Program-made: the position numbers and the translations under genes
Notes under the pieces: model-generated
What the model saw: the letters and a program-made list of their open reading frames with translations, nothing else
Databases searched by the model: none
Told to the model about the DNA's origin: nothing
Origin: Octopus vulgaris
Lineage: Eukaryota
Reading direction: 5' to 3'
DNA length: 64,000 nt
NCBI GenBank assembly: GCA_951406725.2
Contig: OX597828.1
Coordinates: forward strand, 66,030,001-66,094,000
In this document: piece by piece, positions 51,300-64,000 of the stretch
Position numbering within the stretch: position 1 is the first letter of the stretch
Layout of the letters: each line of letters begins with the position of its first letter

Positions 51300-51640
51300 T
51301 TCAGATGGGCCCTGAATGCAGAAGACATACGAAGGCTAGAGAGTAATGAAGCTGGTATGCTCTGCTGGATGTACGATGTCAGTATACATGTGTGACAGAG
51401 CGCTAGTGCATTGAGAGAAAAACTAGGCATAAGAGGAATTAGCTGCAGTGTGCAAGAGAGATGATTGTGCTGGTTTGGTTATGTGATGCGTATGGATGTA
51501 GATTGTTGCATAGAGAGACCCAGGAAGACATACAATGAAGTATTGAAGGTCAATCTCAAGACACTGAGCCTTACAAAGGATATGACAATGGACAGAGATA
51601 TCTGGCACATTGCTGTACTCAGGAAAACCCATCCACCCAT
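51300..51640 (+). mobile_element. RTE LINE C-terminal fragment
   Basis: EDIRRLESNEAGMLCWM, WFGYVMRM, RPRKT. Confidence 0.75.
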
Positions 51641-51759
51641 AGCAGAATTGATTCTTGTGCTGGTGTCACATAGAAAGAGCACCCAGTACATGTTAAAAAG
51701 CATCCAGCTATAGAAATCAGGCCTGAACAGAAAATGGCGCCTGGTGTGGTCCTGGCCAG

Positions 51760-52825
51760 AACAATAACTTCACTTAACTCAACAGGTCTTCGCAAGCACA
51801 GTTTATTGCCCAATGATTGAAGGGTACTCTTAAATGGGCCAGTTATGCTGCACTGGCACAAGCCATGGTTATGGTCTCACTTGGCTTGCTGGGTCTTCTC
51901 AAGTACAGCATATCTCCAAAGGTCTCAGTCACTTCTCATTGCCTCTGTGAGGCCCAACGTTCAATGGTTGTGCTTCACCACATCATCCTAGATCTTCCTG
52001 GGTCTACCTCTCCCACAGGTTCCTTCAACCACTAGGGTGTGACACTTTTTCACACAGCTGTCCTCATCCATATGCAACAGAAGACCATACCAATGCAGTT
52101 GTCTATCTTGCTACACCACATCTGATGCTTCTTATGTCCAACTTTTCTCTCAGGGCGCTTACACTCAGTCATGTATGCACACTGACATTATACATCCAGC
52201 GAAGAATACTAGCTTCATTCCTTGCAAGCTTACACATATCCTCAGCAGTCATGGCCCATGTTTCACTGCCATGTAGCATGGCTGTTCACATACATGCATC
52301 ATACAGTCTACAGTTTACTCTAAGCAAGAGGATCTTTGTCACCAGCAGAGGTAGGAGCTCTCTGAACTTTGACCAGGTTATTCTCATTCTAGCAGCTACA
52401 CTCTCAGAGCTTTCACCCCTGCTAGTGACTTTGGTCACCTAGGTAACGGAAGCTATCAACTACTTCTAGTTTTTCCCCCTGGCATGTGATGGAAGCTGTT
52501 TTCTGCACATTTTCTGTGTTTATTGCCCCTGAGCATTTGCCACACACAAAAACTATCTTCCCAGTTAGCCTTCCTTTGATTATTGCTGCACCTCTTATAT
52601 GTCCATAACTTACACTGGGTACATCTTATAGAGTTTCTACCAACACCTTTTCATCAGATCTACCTGAAGGGATTTGTCTGCCTTCCCACTTATTAAGACT
52701 TTGGTTTTTGCTAGACTGACTCTTAGAGTCAATCTTTGATTCTACACCTTGCTTCCACACCTGAAACTTCTGATAGTAACTCAGTTATTAAAACAAGGTC
52801 ATCAGCAAAGAGAAGCTCCCAGAAG
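51760..52825 (-). mobile_element. RTE LINE 3' fragment, same family as 10217-11615
   Basis: Collinear similarity to 10400-11350. Confidence 0.88.
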
Positions 52826-54798
52826 CTACCAGTTACGCACTGGGGTCGATATAATTGACTTAGTCCGTTTGTCTGTCCCCTCTATGTTTAGCCCCTTGTG
52901 GGTAGTAAAGAAATAGGTAGCCATGAAATCGTAGTTGGGTTGTTGCTGGTGTCATGTAAATGGAACTTGTGCCAGAGGCACATAAAAAGCATCCACTACA
53001 CTCTTGGAATAGTTGGCATAAGGAAGGGCATCCAGCTGCAGAAACCAAGCCAAATCAGATGAGAACCTGGTGCAGCTCTCCAGCTTACCAGTTCCAGTCA
53101 AACCATCTAACCCACGCGAGCATAGAAAGCGGACATTAAAATGATAATGATGATGATTTGACAGGACTGCACCAAGTCCCAGGGTCTCTTTTGGCATGGT
53201 TTAACCAACATCATCATCACCAACAGCGTTTTAATGCTCACTTTTCCATGCTTGCATGAGTCAAATGAAATTCACTGAGGTATAGTTTTCAATGGCTGGA
53301 TACCCTTCCGGTCAACCTTCACTAGTTTCCAAACAAAGTAACAACCTCCTAGTTTAACCCTTTTGTTACCGATTTATTTTGAGATGCTCTGTGCTTCTTT
53401 CCATTATTTTAAATATAACAAAGAATTTAGTAAAATAACTTAGTTATCATTAAGCTAGTGTTAGGAACATAAATTGTAACTAAGGTTTGGTGAAAGATTT
53501 TAATTTAAAACGTATGAAAACAAAACATTTGTACTACAGAACCAGAGCCAGTTTCAGTCAGGTTGGTAACGAAAGGGTTAATGAACAATGAATAGTCTAG
53601 ACGTAATTATGAGCTTTTTTTGTTTATAAAGATAACACATGTGAAGCAACCCAAATGTGTTTTTGCAGTTGACTGCAGTCATACAATGTCACGTGTATTT
53701 GATGGTGAGATTGTTGCTTTATTTTCAAGTCAGTGAACACACATAAGGCAGCAATACATTATGGAGTCACTCACTCGAATGCACACACATAGACGTAACA
53801 ACATGCTTCAGTTTCTACCAACCATTTTCACTCACAACTATAATAATCATCATCATCATCATTGAACGTCCGCTTTCCATGCTTGCATGGGTTGGACAAT
53901 TTTGACTGAGGACTGGCGAACCAGATGGCTGCACCAGGCTTCAGTCTTGATCTGGCAGAGTTTCTACAGCTGAATGCCCTTCCAAACGCCAACCACTCCA
54001 AGAGTGTGGTGGGTGCTTTTTACGTGACACTGGCACGCGCACCAGCCATGCTGTACTGGCAATTACCTCGCTCGAATCTTTTTACACATGCCAGTGAAGC
54101 GACGTTGGTAACGATCATGTTTGAATGGTGCCCTTTTACGTGCTAAGGGTACGGAAGGCAGTTGGCTGCTCTGGCAACGATCATGCTCGGATGGTGCTCT
54201 TGGCACCCTACTAGCACAGGCATAAGTGTCAGTAAGGCAACGCTGGTAACGATCATACTCGAATAGCAGCGCTGTCAATGATCACACTCGTATAGTGCTC
54301 TTTGCACCCTGCTAAAGTTCTATAATATAGAACTTTATCCAACAATGTTCAGTTAGTAAGACTAAACCTTTAACCACATGGTTTTAAAGTGACATTTTAA
54401 CCACAAAACCATGTCTGTACCTATAGCTATATCTATGTGTATACGTATGTGTGGCTAAGTGGAAATTCTTGTTTTAACATGTGTGTTCTGAGTGTAAAAC
54501 AAAACACCACTATCATAGAAATGATGTTGTTTGTCTGTGAAAGCAAGTTAAGGTTGTTTGTTGTTCAATATTGGAGGAAATATAAATTTGCTTGGAAATT
54601 GGTAGAGGTTGGTGACAAGAAGAGCATTCAGTTGAAGAAAATTTTACCTCGATAAAATCTTATCTGTCTCACCATGCAAGCATGGAAAAGTAGATGTTAT
54701 AATGATGACTATGTTTGCAAATGATATGGTGATGTTTATAGCTGAGTAGAATTGTATAAGCTATGCAATCATGGTAAAACGAAAAGTCATAACATTAC

Positions 54799-54914
54799 CT
54801 GACATCAATTCCTCTTTCAAAGTCACCTAGAACTTTTTCCAGTTGGTAACCAGCGATATGTTTCTTTTTGACAAGCTCAATAATTTCTTTGTTACTTAAT
54901 GCACTGATTCCTTC
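54799..54914 (-). CDS. HMGCR: HMGCR exon, start of catalytic domain: EGISALSNKEIIELV...ERGIDV(R)
   Basis: AG/GT boundaries, 116 nt, phase 0-2. Confidence 0.94.
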
Positions 54915-55562
54915 CTGTAAAAAAAAAAAAAAAAATGGATCAAATGAGAATTTGTAATCTGGATAATAGTTATTAGTAAGATATAATACACAGCAACCAA
55001 CTGAATATTCTAATTAAAGTGAATTAAGTAACATTAGGCCCAAAATCAACATTTAATTCACATTTGTATTTCAAAGATAAAATAGAAATTTCTTGATAAA
55101 TGTGCATTCGGACTTCTGTTCTTGGCACATGTGGGGTTGAGTAGAAATTGTATGACCTGTGCAATCACGGAGACTGAGCTGGAAACCATGTGGGTAGGAA
55201 GCAAACTTCTTAACCACACGTCCATGGATCTGAAAACTATTATAAACCATCTGACTACTTTTTCTCCATGCCTTACTTCACTGACTGCATCAAATAAATT
55301 CTCTAACTCAGAAATGCTAAGAACTGATAGTTCTTAGCCAAATAATATTTTCTAGCACTAAATAGCAGAGAAATTTCATAAGATTTATAACTTATTGAAT
55401 CCTAAAACTTCACTTTAATACTGGACATTTGATCTACGAAAATATCAGAGAAAAAAATTTTGCAGTTACTGCTCAGAAATTTTAATTCCTTGAAGATCAT
55501 TGGGTTTTCTTCCCCCCCCCCCCCTTTTTTAGTCTGTCCAAAAGGAACAAGAATCTACTTAC

Positions 55563-55687
55563 ACTAGGTTTCTTTACTTGGTGACGTTCTTCAGTTTCTG
55601 ATGAATTTTTAAGGGATTTCACACATTCGGATGACTGAGGTGATTCAAAACATGTCTGTGTTGATATTTCAACTTTGTTTCTCTTAT
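55563..55687 (-). CDS. HMGCR: HMGCR linker exon: (D)KRNKVEISTQT...HQVKKPS
   Basis: AG/GTAAGT boundaries, 125 nt, phase 1-0 bridges the flanking exons; sequence poorly conserved. Confidence 0.75.
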
Positions 55688-55978
55688 CTGTCAAATAAAC
55701 AGAAATAATTTTCATTATATTAGAAGATTATTGTATTTTCCTATTGTATTATTTATTTATCATTTCTAATTAAGAAATATTGACAAAATATTGCTATATA
55801 TACTGCAAATTTATACATACTATTGTTTTTGAAAATTCTATGACACTAAATTAATGAAAATGCATGGTAAAAATATGAGTTGCATATTTTGTTTTGTAGC
55901 GTATTTTGAATAACTAATATAAATATCAGTAGAAAACATTTATTTTGATTTTTAAGTTTAGTGAAGAAATTCAATCAC

Positions 55979-56088
55979 CTTTCAATAAACTGCCCATGCT
56001 GGTGTCAATATTAACATCAAAAAATATATATTTTAATCCCAACAGGATGATCAACAACAGTGTGGTGACATAATCAGCTGTAAACAGT
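55979..56088 (-). CDS. HMGCR: HMGCR exon, last transmembrane helix: (R)LFTADYVTTLLLIILLGLKYIFFD...LLK
   Basis: AG/GT boundaries, 110 nt, phase 2-1, KYIFF motif. Confidence 0.88.
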
Positions 56089-57198
56089 CTGCAGAAATAA
56101 AAAGATAAGAAAAAAAAAAAGAGAGATATTATCTGCATTCTACAGTCAACTTTAGTACAAGAAGAGGTTAACTAAGCCAAGGTTAAAAGTTAACAATATC
56201 CCCACCTCCTTAAATAAGAAAATACAGGTTTGGTCTGTGAATAAAACACTCATGAAATTTGTAATGATCCTACAAGTTACACCAGTATGCTGTGATATTC
56301 ATCTTTAGTTAAGTGTAGTGGGTCATTGAGAATTTTAAAAATATTTGTCAGGAATAACATAAGTTTCAGTTGCATCACATTATATTTTTATTAGTTAGTC
56401 TAAGAAAGATGAGGCCAATCCTCTCAGAGCAGTGGAGGTGTTGGAGTTAATTTGGCTGATGTTCAACTTGAATTTCAGTACAGTAAAATAAAAAGGAAGC
56501 ATTCCACAAGTTTGATTTCATAGTCGCCGCCAGTGCTGCTGGACTGGCTCCTGTGCAGGTGGCACATAAAAAGTACCATTTGGGCGTGACCGTTGACAGT
56601 ACCACCTGACTGGCCCTCATGCTGGTGGCATGTAAAAGCACCCACTTCACTCTTGAAGTGGTTGGCGTTAGGAAGGGCATCCAGCTGTAGAAACTCTGCC
56701 AGATCAGATTGGAGTCTGGTTCGCCAGACCTCAGTCAAATCGTCCAACCCATGCTAGCATGGAAAGCGAACATTAAATGATGATGAATGGGGAAATATAT
56801 AGAATTTGGACAGTGGAGATGTCAGGGCAGAGATATTGAATGGGTTTGAGTCACACATTTAGTAAATTCAGAAGAGTATAGACCATTGAAATAACAGTAG
56901 AAGAATTAAGAGATTGCAGTCAATCAGTGGTACAAGTGGTTATAGTAGGTTGGTGACTGAATGCTTATCAATCAGAGAACCTTTTATGCAATCTAATATG
57001 AACTACATATAGTTTTATATCGACATCTCATTGTTTGCATTGTAAAATATGTTAGAAGGTAGAAATGAATTGGGGAAAAATGATAGAAAGTTGATAAACC
57101 CTTTCAGCAGCAGATAATAGAACTCTACATATATTTTGTTCAAATATAAAAATCTGATAAAAACACAATTCAAAGTATAAATTCATATCAGAACAAAC

Positions 57199-57353
57199 CT
57201 TCCTAAATAAAACTGCCAGAAAGATATCTCTGGTTGGATTTTATGATTCATATCTGATGTAGAAATGATATTCTGATACAACATTGTATCTGCACCTTTT
57301 ACACTATCCGTGATCCATCGGCTGTAGACATGTACAAAAACCAAACCAGTAGA
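57199..57353 (-). CDS. HMGCR: HMGCR exon: STGLVFVHVYSRW...KIQPEISFWQFYLG(R)
   Basis: AG/GT boundaries, 155 nt, phase 0-2. Confidence 0.92.
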
Positions 57354-58661
57354 CTGTAATAAAAAATAAAATAAATAAATAAGAAGAACGGTTTCAAATT
57401 TTGCCACAAGGGCAGCCATTTTGGGGAGGGGATGTGCCGATTACACTAGTACTTACTTTATCGACTCTGAAAAGATGAAAGGCAAAGTCAACCTCGGTGG
57501 AATTTGAACTCAGAATATAGCAGCAAACAAAATACTGCTAAGTATTTCACCCAGCGTGCTAACAATTCTGCCAGCTCGCTGCCTTAATAGTAATAGTAAT
57601 AATAATCCTTTCTACTATAGGCACAAGGCTTGAAATTTTGGGGGAGGTGGCCAGTAGATTAGATCGACTCCAGTACACAAGTGGTACTTAAATTATCAAC
57701 CCCAAAAGGATGATAGGCAAAGTCAACCTCGGTGGAATTTGAACTCAGAATATAGCAGCAAACAAAATACTGCTAAGCATTTCACCCAGCGTGCTAACAA
57801 TTCTGCCAGCTCACCACCTTAATAGTAATAATAATAATAAAATTTTACTCATAATTACAGTCAATATTAATAAATGACAAAACAAAATTTCAAAGCTAGG
57901 CTGAATGTTTCTGAACATTCAAATATTTACATGCAGACACTGTTAATGCATATACCTCTATCTGCTGTCAATATTTATTTATTTATTTATTTACTACCCA
58001 CAAGGGGCTAAACACAGAGAGGACAGACAAACGGATTAAGTCGATTACTCTCGGAGTGGTTGGCGTTAGAAACTCTGCCAGATCAAGACTGGTGCCTGGT
58101 GCAGCCATCTGGTTTGCCAGCCTTCAGTCAAAACCGTCCAACCCATGCTAGCATGGAAAGCGGATTAAACAAACAAAACAATATCGACCCCAGTGCGTAA
58201 CTGGTACTTAATTTATCAACTCTGAAAGGCAAAGTCGACCTCGGCGGAATTTGAACTCGGAACGTAGCGGCAGACGAAATACTTGTTTCTTTACTACCCA
58301 CAAGGGGCTAAACACAGAGAGGACAAACGGATTAAGTCGATTACATCGACCCCAGTGCGTAACTGGTACTTATTTAATCGACCCCGAAAGGATGAAAGGC
58401 AAAGTCGACCTCGGCAGAATTTGAACTCAGAACGAACGTAACGGCAGACGAAATATGGCTATGCATTTTGTCCGGTGTGCTAACGTTTCTGCCAGCTCAC
58501 CGCCTTCCGCTGTCAATATTTATTATATAAGCAATGTTTTGGCATGAAGGTTAAGCTGAGATTGAACAACAAAAATTAGATGGGTAACATTAAGATTAGC
58601 TTTATATTCTAAGAATAGATTCAACACTCTCAGGAAATAAAAGTAACTAAAAACATCTTAC

Positions 58662-58778
58662 CATAATGATTTTGACCACTTGTATAACAGGATTTGACTT
58701 TTGTTCTTCATCCCCATCTTTGTTCATTATAAATTGAAATTTCGATACTGGCTGCTCGTGGATTACACCATGACAAAG
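58662..58778 (-). CDS. HMGCR: HMGCR exon: LCHGV...DEEQKSNPVIQVVKIIM
   Basis: AG/GT boundaries, 117 nt, phase 0-0; matches vertebrate EENKPNPVTQRVKMIM. Confidence 0.93.
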
Positions 58779-59109
58779 CTACATACAGAAGAGAGGAAAC
58801 ATTTTTTTCTAAATAATTTACCACACTATGATCATCATCATCATATAACTAAATTGTTAAAAAAATTTTTTTAAATATAATAATAATAATAATAATAATC
58901 TTAATCAAATCTTCCATCAGTAGACATAGACTGATTTGACTTGCATTGCCTATATAACTTCCAAATTACTGTTGGAATCATTTCATTTATTATACATCAA
59001 ATTGATAAAATACTCAAAATTATTCCAGAAAACCAATACAACTTGATTAGTACAACAATCTTTAAATTCACAGATACATTACTTGAGAAAGCTCACTCAT
59101 AAAACTTAC

Positions 59110-59216
59110 CTCAAGCATTAAAGCCAAACAAGCAGGATAGAAGGTCATAAGTGCTAAATAGTTGGCTAATACGGAAAGACAAGCAAAGTAGCTGATGGTT
59201 TCTAATTGTTTCCAGC
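59110..59216 (-). CDS. HMGCR: HMGCR exon, sterol-sensing domain: (G)WKQLETISYFACLSVLANY...PACLALMLE
   Basis: AG/GT boundaries, 107 nt, phase 1-0. Confidence 0.95.
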
Positions 59217-61003
59217 CTGAAATAAAATTTATCAAGATAAAAGATCAATAAAAAAATATAAGAATACCAAGTGTCAGCTACAAAAATATGATTTTAAGAC
59301 AGATTTGTCACCAACTCTTACCTATTTCCAAGCAAATTTATATTTCCTTCAGTCAACTGAACAACAAACAACACAGACATGCATTCACAAAGAACACCAT
59401 TTAGTAAGTATCTTAACATTCATGCATCAAAAGTTAATATCCACTGAATTCTATCTAAATTATAAATCCCAACATCACTATAAACAGTAGGCCGGAACTA
59501 TCACTGATTTATGAACAAGAGTTAAACTGCTGGAGAATGAAATAAAGTAAAGATAAAACTGGAATCAACTGTGACTCTGCCATGTTCTAAGTGTCTTGTG
59601 GAGAAGATACAACATACAAGTGTAACAACTATATCCCCAAGGTTAAACTCTATCAAGAAATGAACAAAGAGGAAAATTGCACATATAACATCTCGAGCAC
59701 TTGTAGTGGGGGTTGAAGTGGGAAATACGAAAATCTGTGAAAATTCGAAATCAAAAGAAAAAAAATCGAAATCAAAGTGAAATTCGATGACGGGCATGAG
59801 CACCATACGAGCATAATCATTGACAGAGCGGCTAACTGGCTAGGCACCATTCGAGTATGATCATTACCAGCTTCACCTTACTGGCACTTGTGTCCTGTGC
59901 TAGTAGGGTGCTAAGAGCACCATCTGAGCATGATCGTTGCCAGAGGAGCTAACTGGCTTCTGTGCCGGTGGCATGTAGGAAGCACCATTTGAGAGGGATC
60001 ATTACCAGCATCACTTTACTGGCACCTGGGTCATTGGCATGTGTAAAAAAAAAAAAAATTCAAGCGAGGTCGTTGCCAGTACTGCCTGACTGGCCCCCAT
60101 GCCGGTGGCATGTAAAAGTACCCACTTCACTCTCGGAGTGGTTGGCATTAGGCAGGGCATCCAGCTGTTGAAACTCTGCCAGATCAAGACTGGAGCCTGA
60201 TGCAGCCCTCAGTCAAAATCGTCCAACCCATGCTAGCATGGAAAGCGGACGTTAAACGATGATGATGATTCTAAAATATGGAACAATTATTTTTTTTTTT
60301 TATGACAGGAAATGAAGACCACGGACCCTGCAGGCTCTTTTTTCCCCAGTCTGGTGATACCTATATGATACTCAGTTGGATGATGTTTTCTGAGATTATT
60401 AGATTGATAGTAGTAGCAAAGGTATTTTTAAAAAGAATGCAGTTCAGTGGGAAAAGTTTTGACAACGTGTTTAACCCTTTAATAGTAAAACCAGCCTTAA
60501 CTGGATTAAATATTCCACCTGTTTTATGTTTTATGTTCAAACCAGCCAGATCCAGTCTCTAACACCCATTCTACAATGTCATTTCAAAAATAGACAATTA
60601 CATCATCAAAATCTCAAGGCTACAGGATAAGTCATGATTAATTCAAAATAATGTGAATAAATAAGGAATTACATTTGACAGAGTGAGCTAAATTTTAAAG
60701 AGTTAATGAAGTAGTCTTGGGTGCAAATCACAATATGAACAGTAAGAGAGTTAGGTACATCAGATGAAAGAGAGAGGGGGGAGGGAGGGGGAGAGAGAGG
60801 GGCTACACAGTTACATAGAACATCTGAGACAGAAGGAGGGTTATAGTTATGATTTGAGAAACCGCAAATCAATATCCAATCAAATGAAACATTTTAAATT
60901 GTTTTGCTGATTTTATATTTAACTGTTAGCAGAATCTAATTCTTAAATTGAACAACACAAATCATCAGTTAATCAGAAAAAAGGGCTATTTTACACAACT
61001 TAC

Positions 61004-61109
61004 CTGATAGTGTGCCTACACCAAATACTAGTGTTTGTACTATAGCATCTAGAGTGATAGCCGGGCCAAGCTTGGACATACCCTGTGCAATATTGTCCTG
61101 GACTTCATA
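61004..61109 (-). CDS. HMGCR: HMGCR exon, sterol-sensing domain: [22 protein letters not shown]...GVGTLS(G)
   Basis: AG/GT boundaries, 106 nt, phase 0-1. Confidence 0.95.
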
Positions 61110-61449
61110 CTGAAAGAAAAATAGATTTCATGTAAAAGATGTGTTGGTGCAAAAATCAATCAAAATCCATAACCAAGGAAAGCCATAGACATCTAGCAAG
61201 AAGTACAACTCTTTCTTCCATATTTCCCAGTCATCAGTCAATCTCAAACCCCATTCTTCCCAGTCACCATTCTTTGTTGTTGCTCAACTAACCTCTTTGT
61301 AATTTTCTTACACCTCTTCTACTGGAGGTTTGTCCATGTTTCAGCAATTCAAGTTGACATTAGTGTGAGAGACACAAAGATAGAAAAAGCTGCTGGCCCA
61401 TCAGGAATAGTCAGAGGTGCTCAAAATATCTGACAATGTAGGATATGCC

Positions 61450-62000
61450 CTACTAGATCAATAAGAGGTAGACCTCCTACCATAACTTCTATGTCTAAGA
61501 AGACCCTTAAAGAGAGATGGAACGGGTAGACCAGAGCTATACGAATCCCCCTAAACAATGATCAGGTTAAAAAGATGGTCACACATGCAGTGGGTGCAAG
61601 TACCAAAACCACATCAAGGGCCATATATTTAAGTTTAATGGCAAGATATAACACCCAAGAGGAAGTTGCAGCCATCGGTGTCAGTATCACTGACAATGTG
61701 GCTAACCTATTTATGGTGGAATAGGAGACTTAAAGAGAAATTAGCAGAGAACTCCATAAACCTAACCATGTATTCCTGCTATGTGGATGATATCAACATA
61801 GTAGCCAAAGCACCCCTACAAGACAATGTTGATGATCTAGAAGCCTACACTATGGAGAGCATCCAGCAAATAGCTAACTCCATCCACCAGAGTATTGAAA
61901 TAACGATGGACTATGCTAGTAAGCACCCAGACTATAGGTTACCCATTTTAGACTCAGAACTCTGGCTAGAAACAAAGAACGTTAAGGTCCAAATCCTTCA
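61450..62000 (+). mobile_element. Degenerate Penelope-like reverse transcriptase fragment
   Basis: YSCYVDDINIV followed by LPILD in ORF 61666-62094, truncated by a SINE. Confidence 0.6.
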
Positions 62001-62965
62001 CTTTCATCCAATTGCCCAGTGGTTAGGGCAGTGGACTCGCGGTCGGAGGTTCGCGGTTTTGATTCCCAGACTGGGCATTGTGAGTGTTTATTGAGCAAAA
62101 ACATCTAAAGCTCCACGAGGCTCCAGCAGGGGGTGCTGGAGACCACCCGCTGTACTCTTTCTCTCACTCTTTCTTCCTGTTTCTTGTCCCTGACTTCCTA
62201 CGCAACCGCTGAGCGTGGATGTGCATTCATCCATCCGTCGATGCTCTCGGTGTCGGGGGTTGACCTGCTTTCTCTTCTGCGGGTCTTACGAATAGCAAAG
62301 GACCACGTTTTGGGCTTCTCCCACTACAGAGGCGCGATCTTACGAGCTCTGGGATGAAGACCGCTTCGCTCAACAAACAAAGCAGCAGCATCAATGACGG
62401 CAATAACAACTACCATGATTGCAACACACTGCCGTGGCCACCACCACTGTAGTTTTCAGTAGCAAAGCTCATTTCATTTCCTTGCTGTAGATGTATCCTT
62501 ACTCTGACAACTCTCTCTCTCTCTCTCTCTCTTTCTCAATGTAACTGCCTTCCCTGTCCATCGCTCTCTCTCTCTCAATGTAACTGCTTCCCCTGCACAT
62601 CTCTATCTGCCTTTCTTTAACTTAACCACCCAGAACTAAACACATCTCTGACCGTGACCGACCAGGCTATCAGATGTTGCTACACATCGCTGGTCACAAT
62701 GCACTTCGCATTGTTTTAGCCTTCAAATGTCGCCGCCCTGCTGGCTGAGTGAGCAGGCCAACAGAAGAAAGCGAGAGAAATTTGTGGCGAAAGAGTACAG
62801 CAGGGATTGCCACCACCCCTGCCAGAGCCTCGTGGAGCTTTAGGTGTTTTCGCTCAATAAACACTCACAACGCCCAGTCCGGGAATTGAAGTCGCGATCC
62901 TACAACCGCGAGTCCACTGCCCTAACCACTGGGCCATTGCGCCTCCACATATATATATGTATATA

Positions 62966-63023
<58 letters not shown>

Positions 63024-63946
63024 CTGGTGCAGAATTGTAATGAAAATACATATTGAGAACTTCCATATGGTGCTCTTAAACATTGTAGCCAAATACCAAG
63101 AAAGCCAAAAAAATCAGAACTACAAAAAAACTGTTCTCATGGGTACTGCCTACATCCTAAGAAAAACATTGTCAATCTGAAAATATCTCTTAAAACTCTT
63201 TCAAAACTCAAGTATTACAAATTTAACAGAATCTTAGTTCTCAGATTCTGGACTCCTTCTCCTTCAATATATTATTGACTGTCATACGTAACAAGGAATA
63301 GTAAAACATCCATTTGCTGTTACAGGAGTCTCTGGGTGAAACGTGGAACAGCTTGTATAAAACAAAGTAACAACAATGTAAATAAATAAATAATAATAAT
63401 AACAACAACAACTGTAGGTTAGTGGCTGAATATAGCTGAAGTGGCAAAAGAAAATTATGACTGGCAGAAAAAATGATTTAAGAATGTCCTCAGCAGTCAC
63501 GCCCCATGTTTCACTGCCATGTAGCATGACTGTTCGTACGCATGCGTCGTACAGTCTACCTTTTTACTCTGTTTGAATTACATAATAGTGGTTTTTCTCT
63601 CTCTATATATATATAGAGTGTGAAATTTGATTTAATACTAAATTGAATTTTTCCCTGTAAGTTTGGAGTTATACTCTCTAATATTATTATTATTATATAT
63701 ACATATATATATATGTATGTGTGTGTGTATGTACGTATATATATATATACACACACACACACATATGTATGTATGTATACGCACACACATATGAAATTAA
63801 AGTTTAGAATGACCCAATGTCTGTATATAATCTGTATACATATAATTATAGATTGACTCAATTGAAAGCATTGAAATGGAAATTACTGATCAAAAGGAAA
63901 CATAAGAACAGATTAGAAAAAAAAATGGTAGGAATCGTATGCTTAC

Positions 63947-64000
63947 AGGTGAAGTTGAACCCAAGGCAAAGCAAGCAAGAGTACTGGCACTGGACAGATC
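63947..64000 (-). CDS. HMGCR: HMGCR exon cut by the window end: ...DLSSASTLACFALGSTSP
   Basis: Matches vertebrate DLSRASTLAKFALSSNSQ; donor GTAAGC at 63946, phase 0. Confidence 0.92.

Overview
AT-rich, repeat-dense eukaryotic genomic DNA. The SINE/LINE repertoire and long (TA)n tracts suggest a coleoid cephalopod such as Octopus (inference). Two host genes lie on the minus strand. (1) HMG-CoA reductase (HMGCR): 18 GT-AG, phase-compatible exons from the window end (64000, inside the sterol-sensing domain) to a stop at 38148-38150. All four catalytic residues are kept, but three normally conserved positions differ: the AMPK-site Ser is Ala, DKKP is DKKC, and GQDxAQ is GQDPAE. (2) The first coding exon (295-549) of an unidentified hydrophobic protein, with a candidate non-coding first exon and promoter near 7.9-8.2 kb. 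The rest is mostly transposon-derived: a full-length defective mariner, RTE, CR1 and restriction-like-endonuclease (RLE) LINE relics, Gypsy and Penelope fragments, gag-like CCHC ORFs, Helitrons, TTAA MITEs and several tRNA-derived SINE families. The most notable non-coding signal is a set of type I hammerhead ribozyme folds from three different repeat families. One family fuses a tRNA-like Pol III head to a minimal hammerhead and occurs as a head-to-head palindrome. Everything was read by eye; repeat boundaries are approximate and human HMGCR comparisons are from memory.
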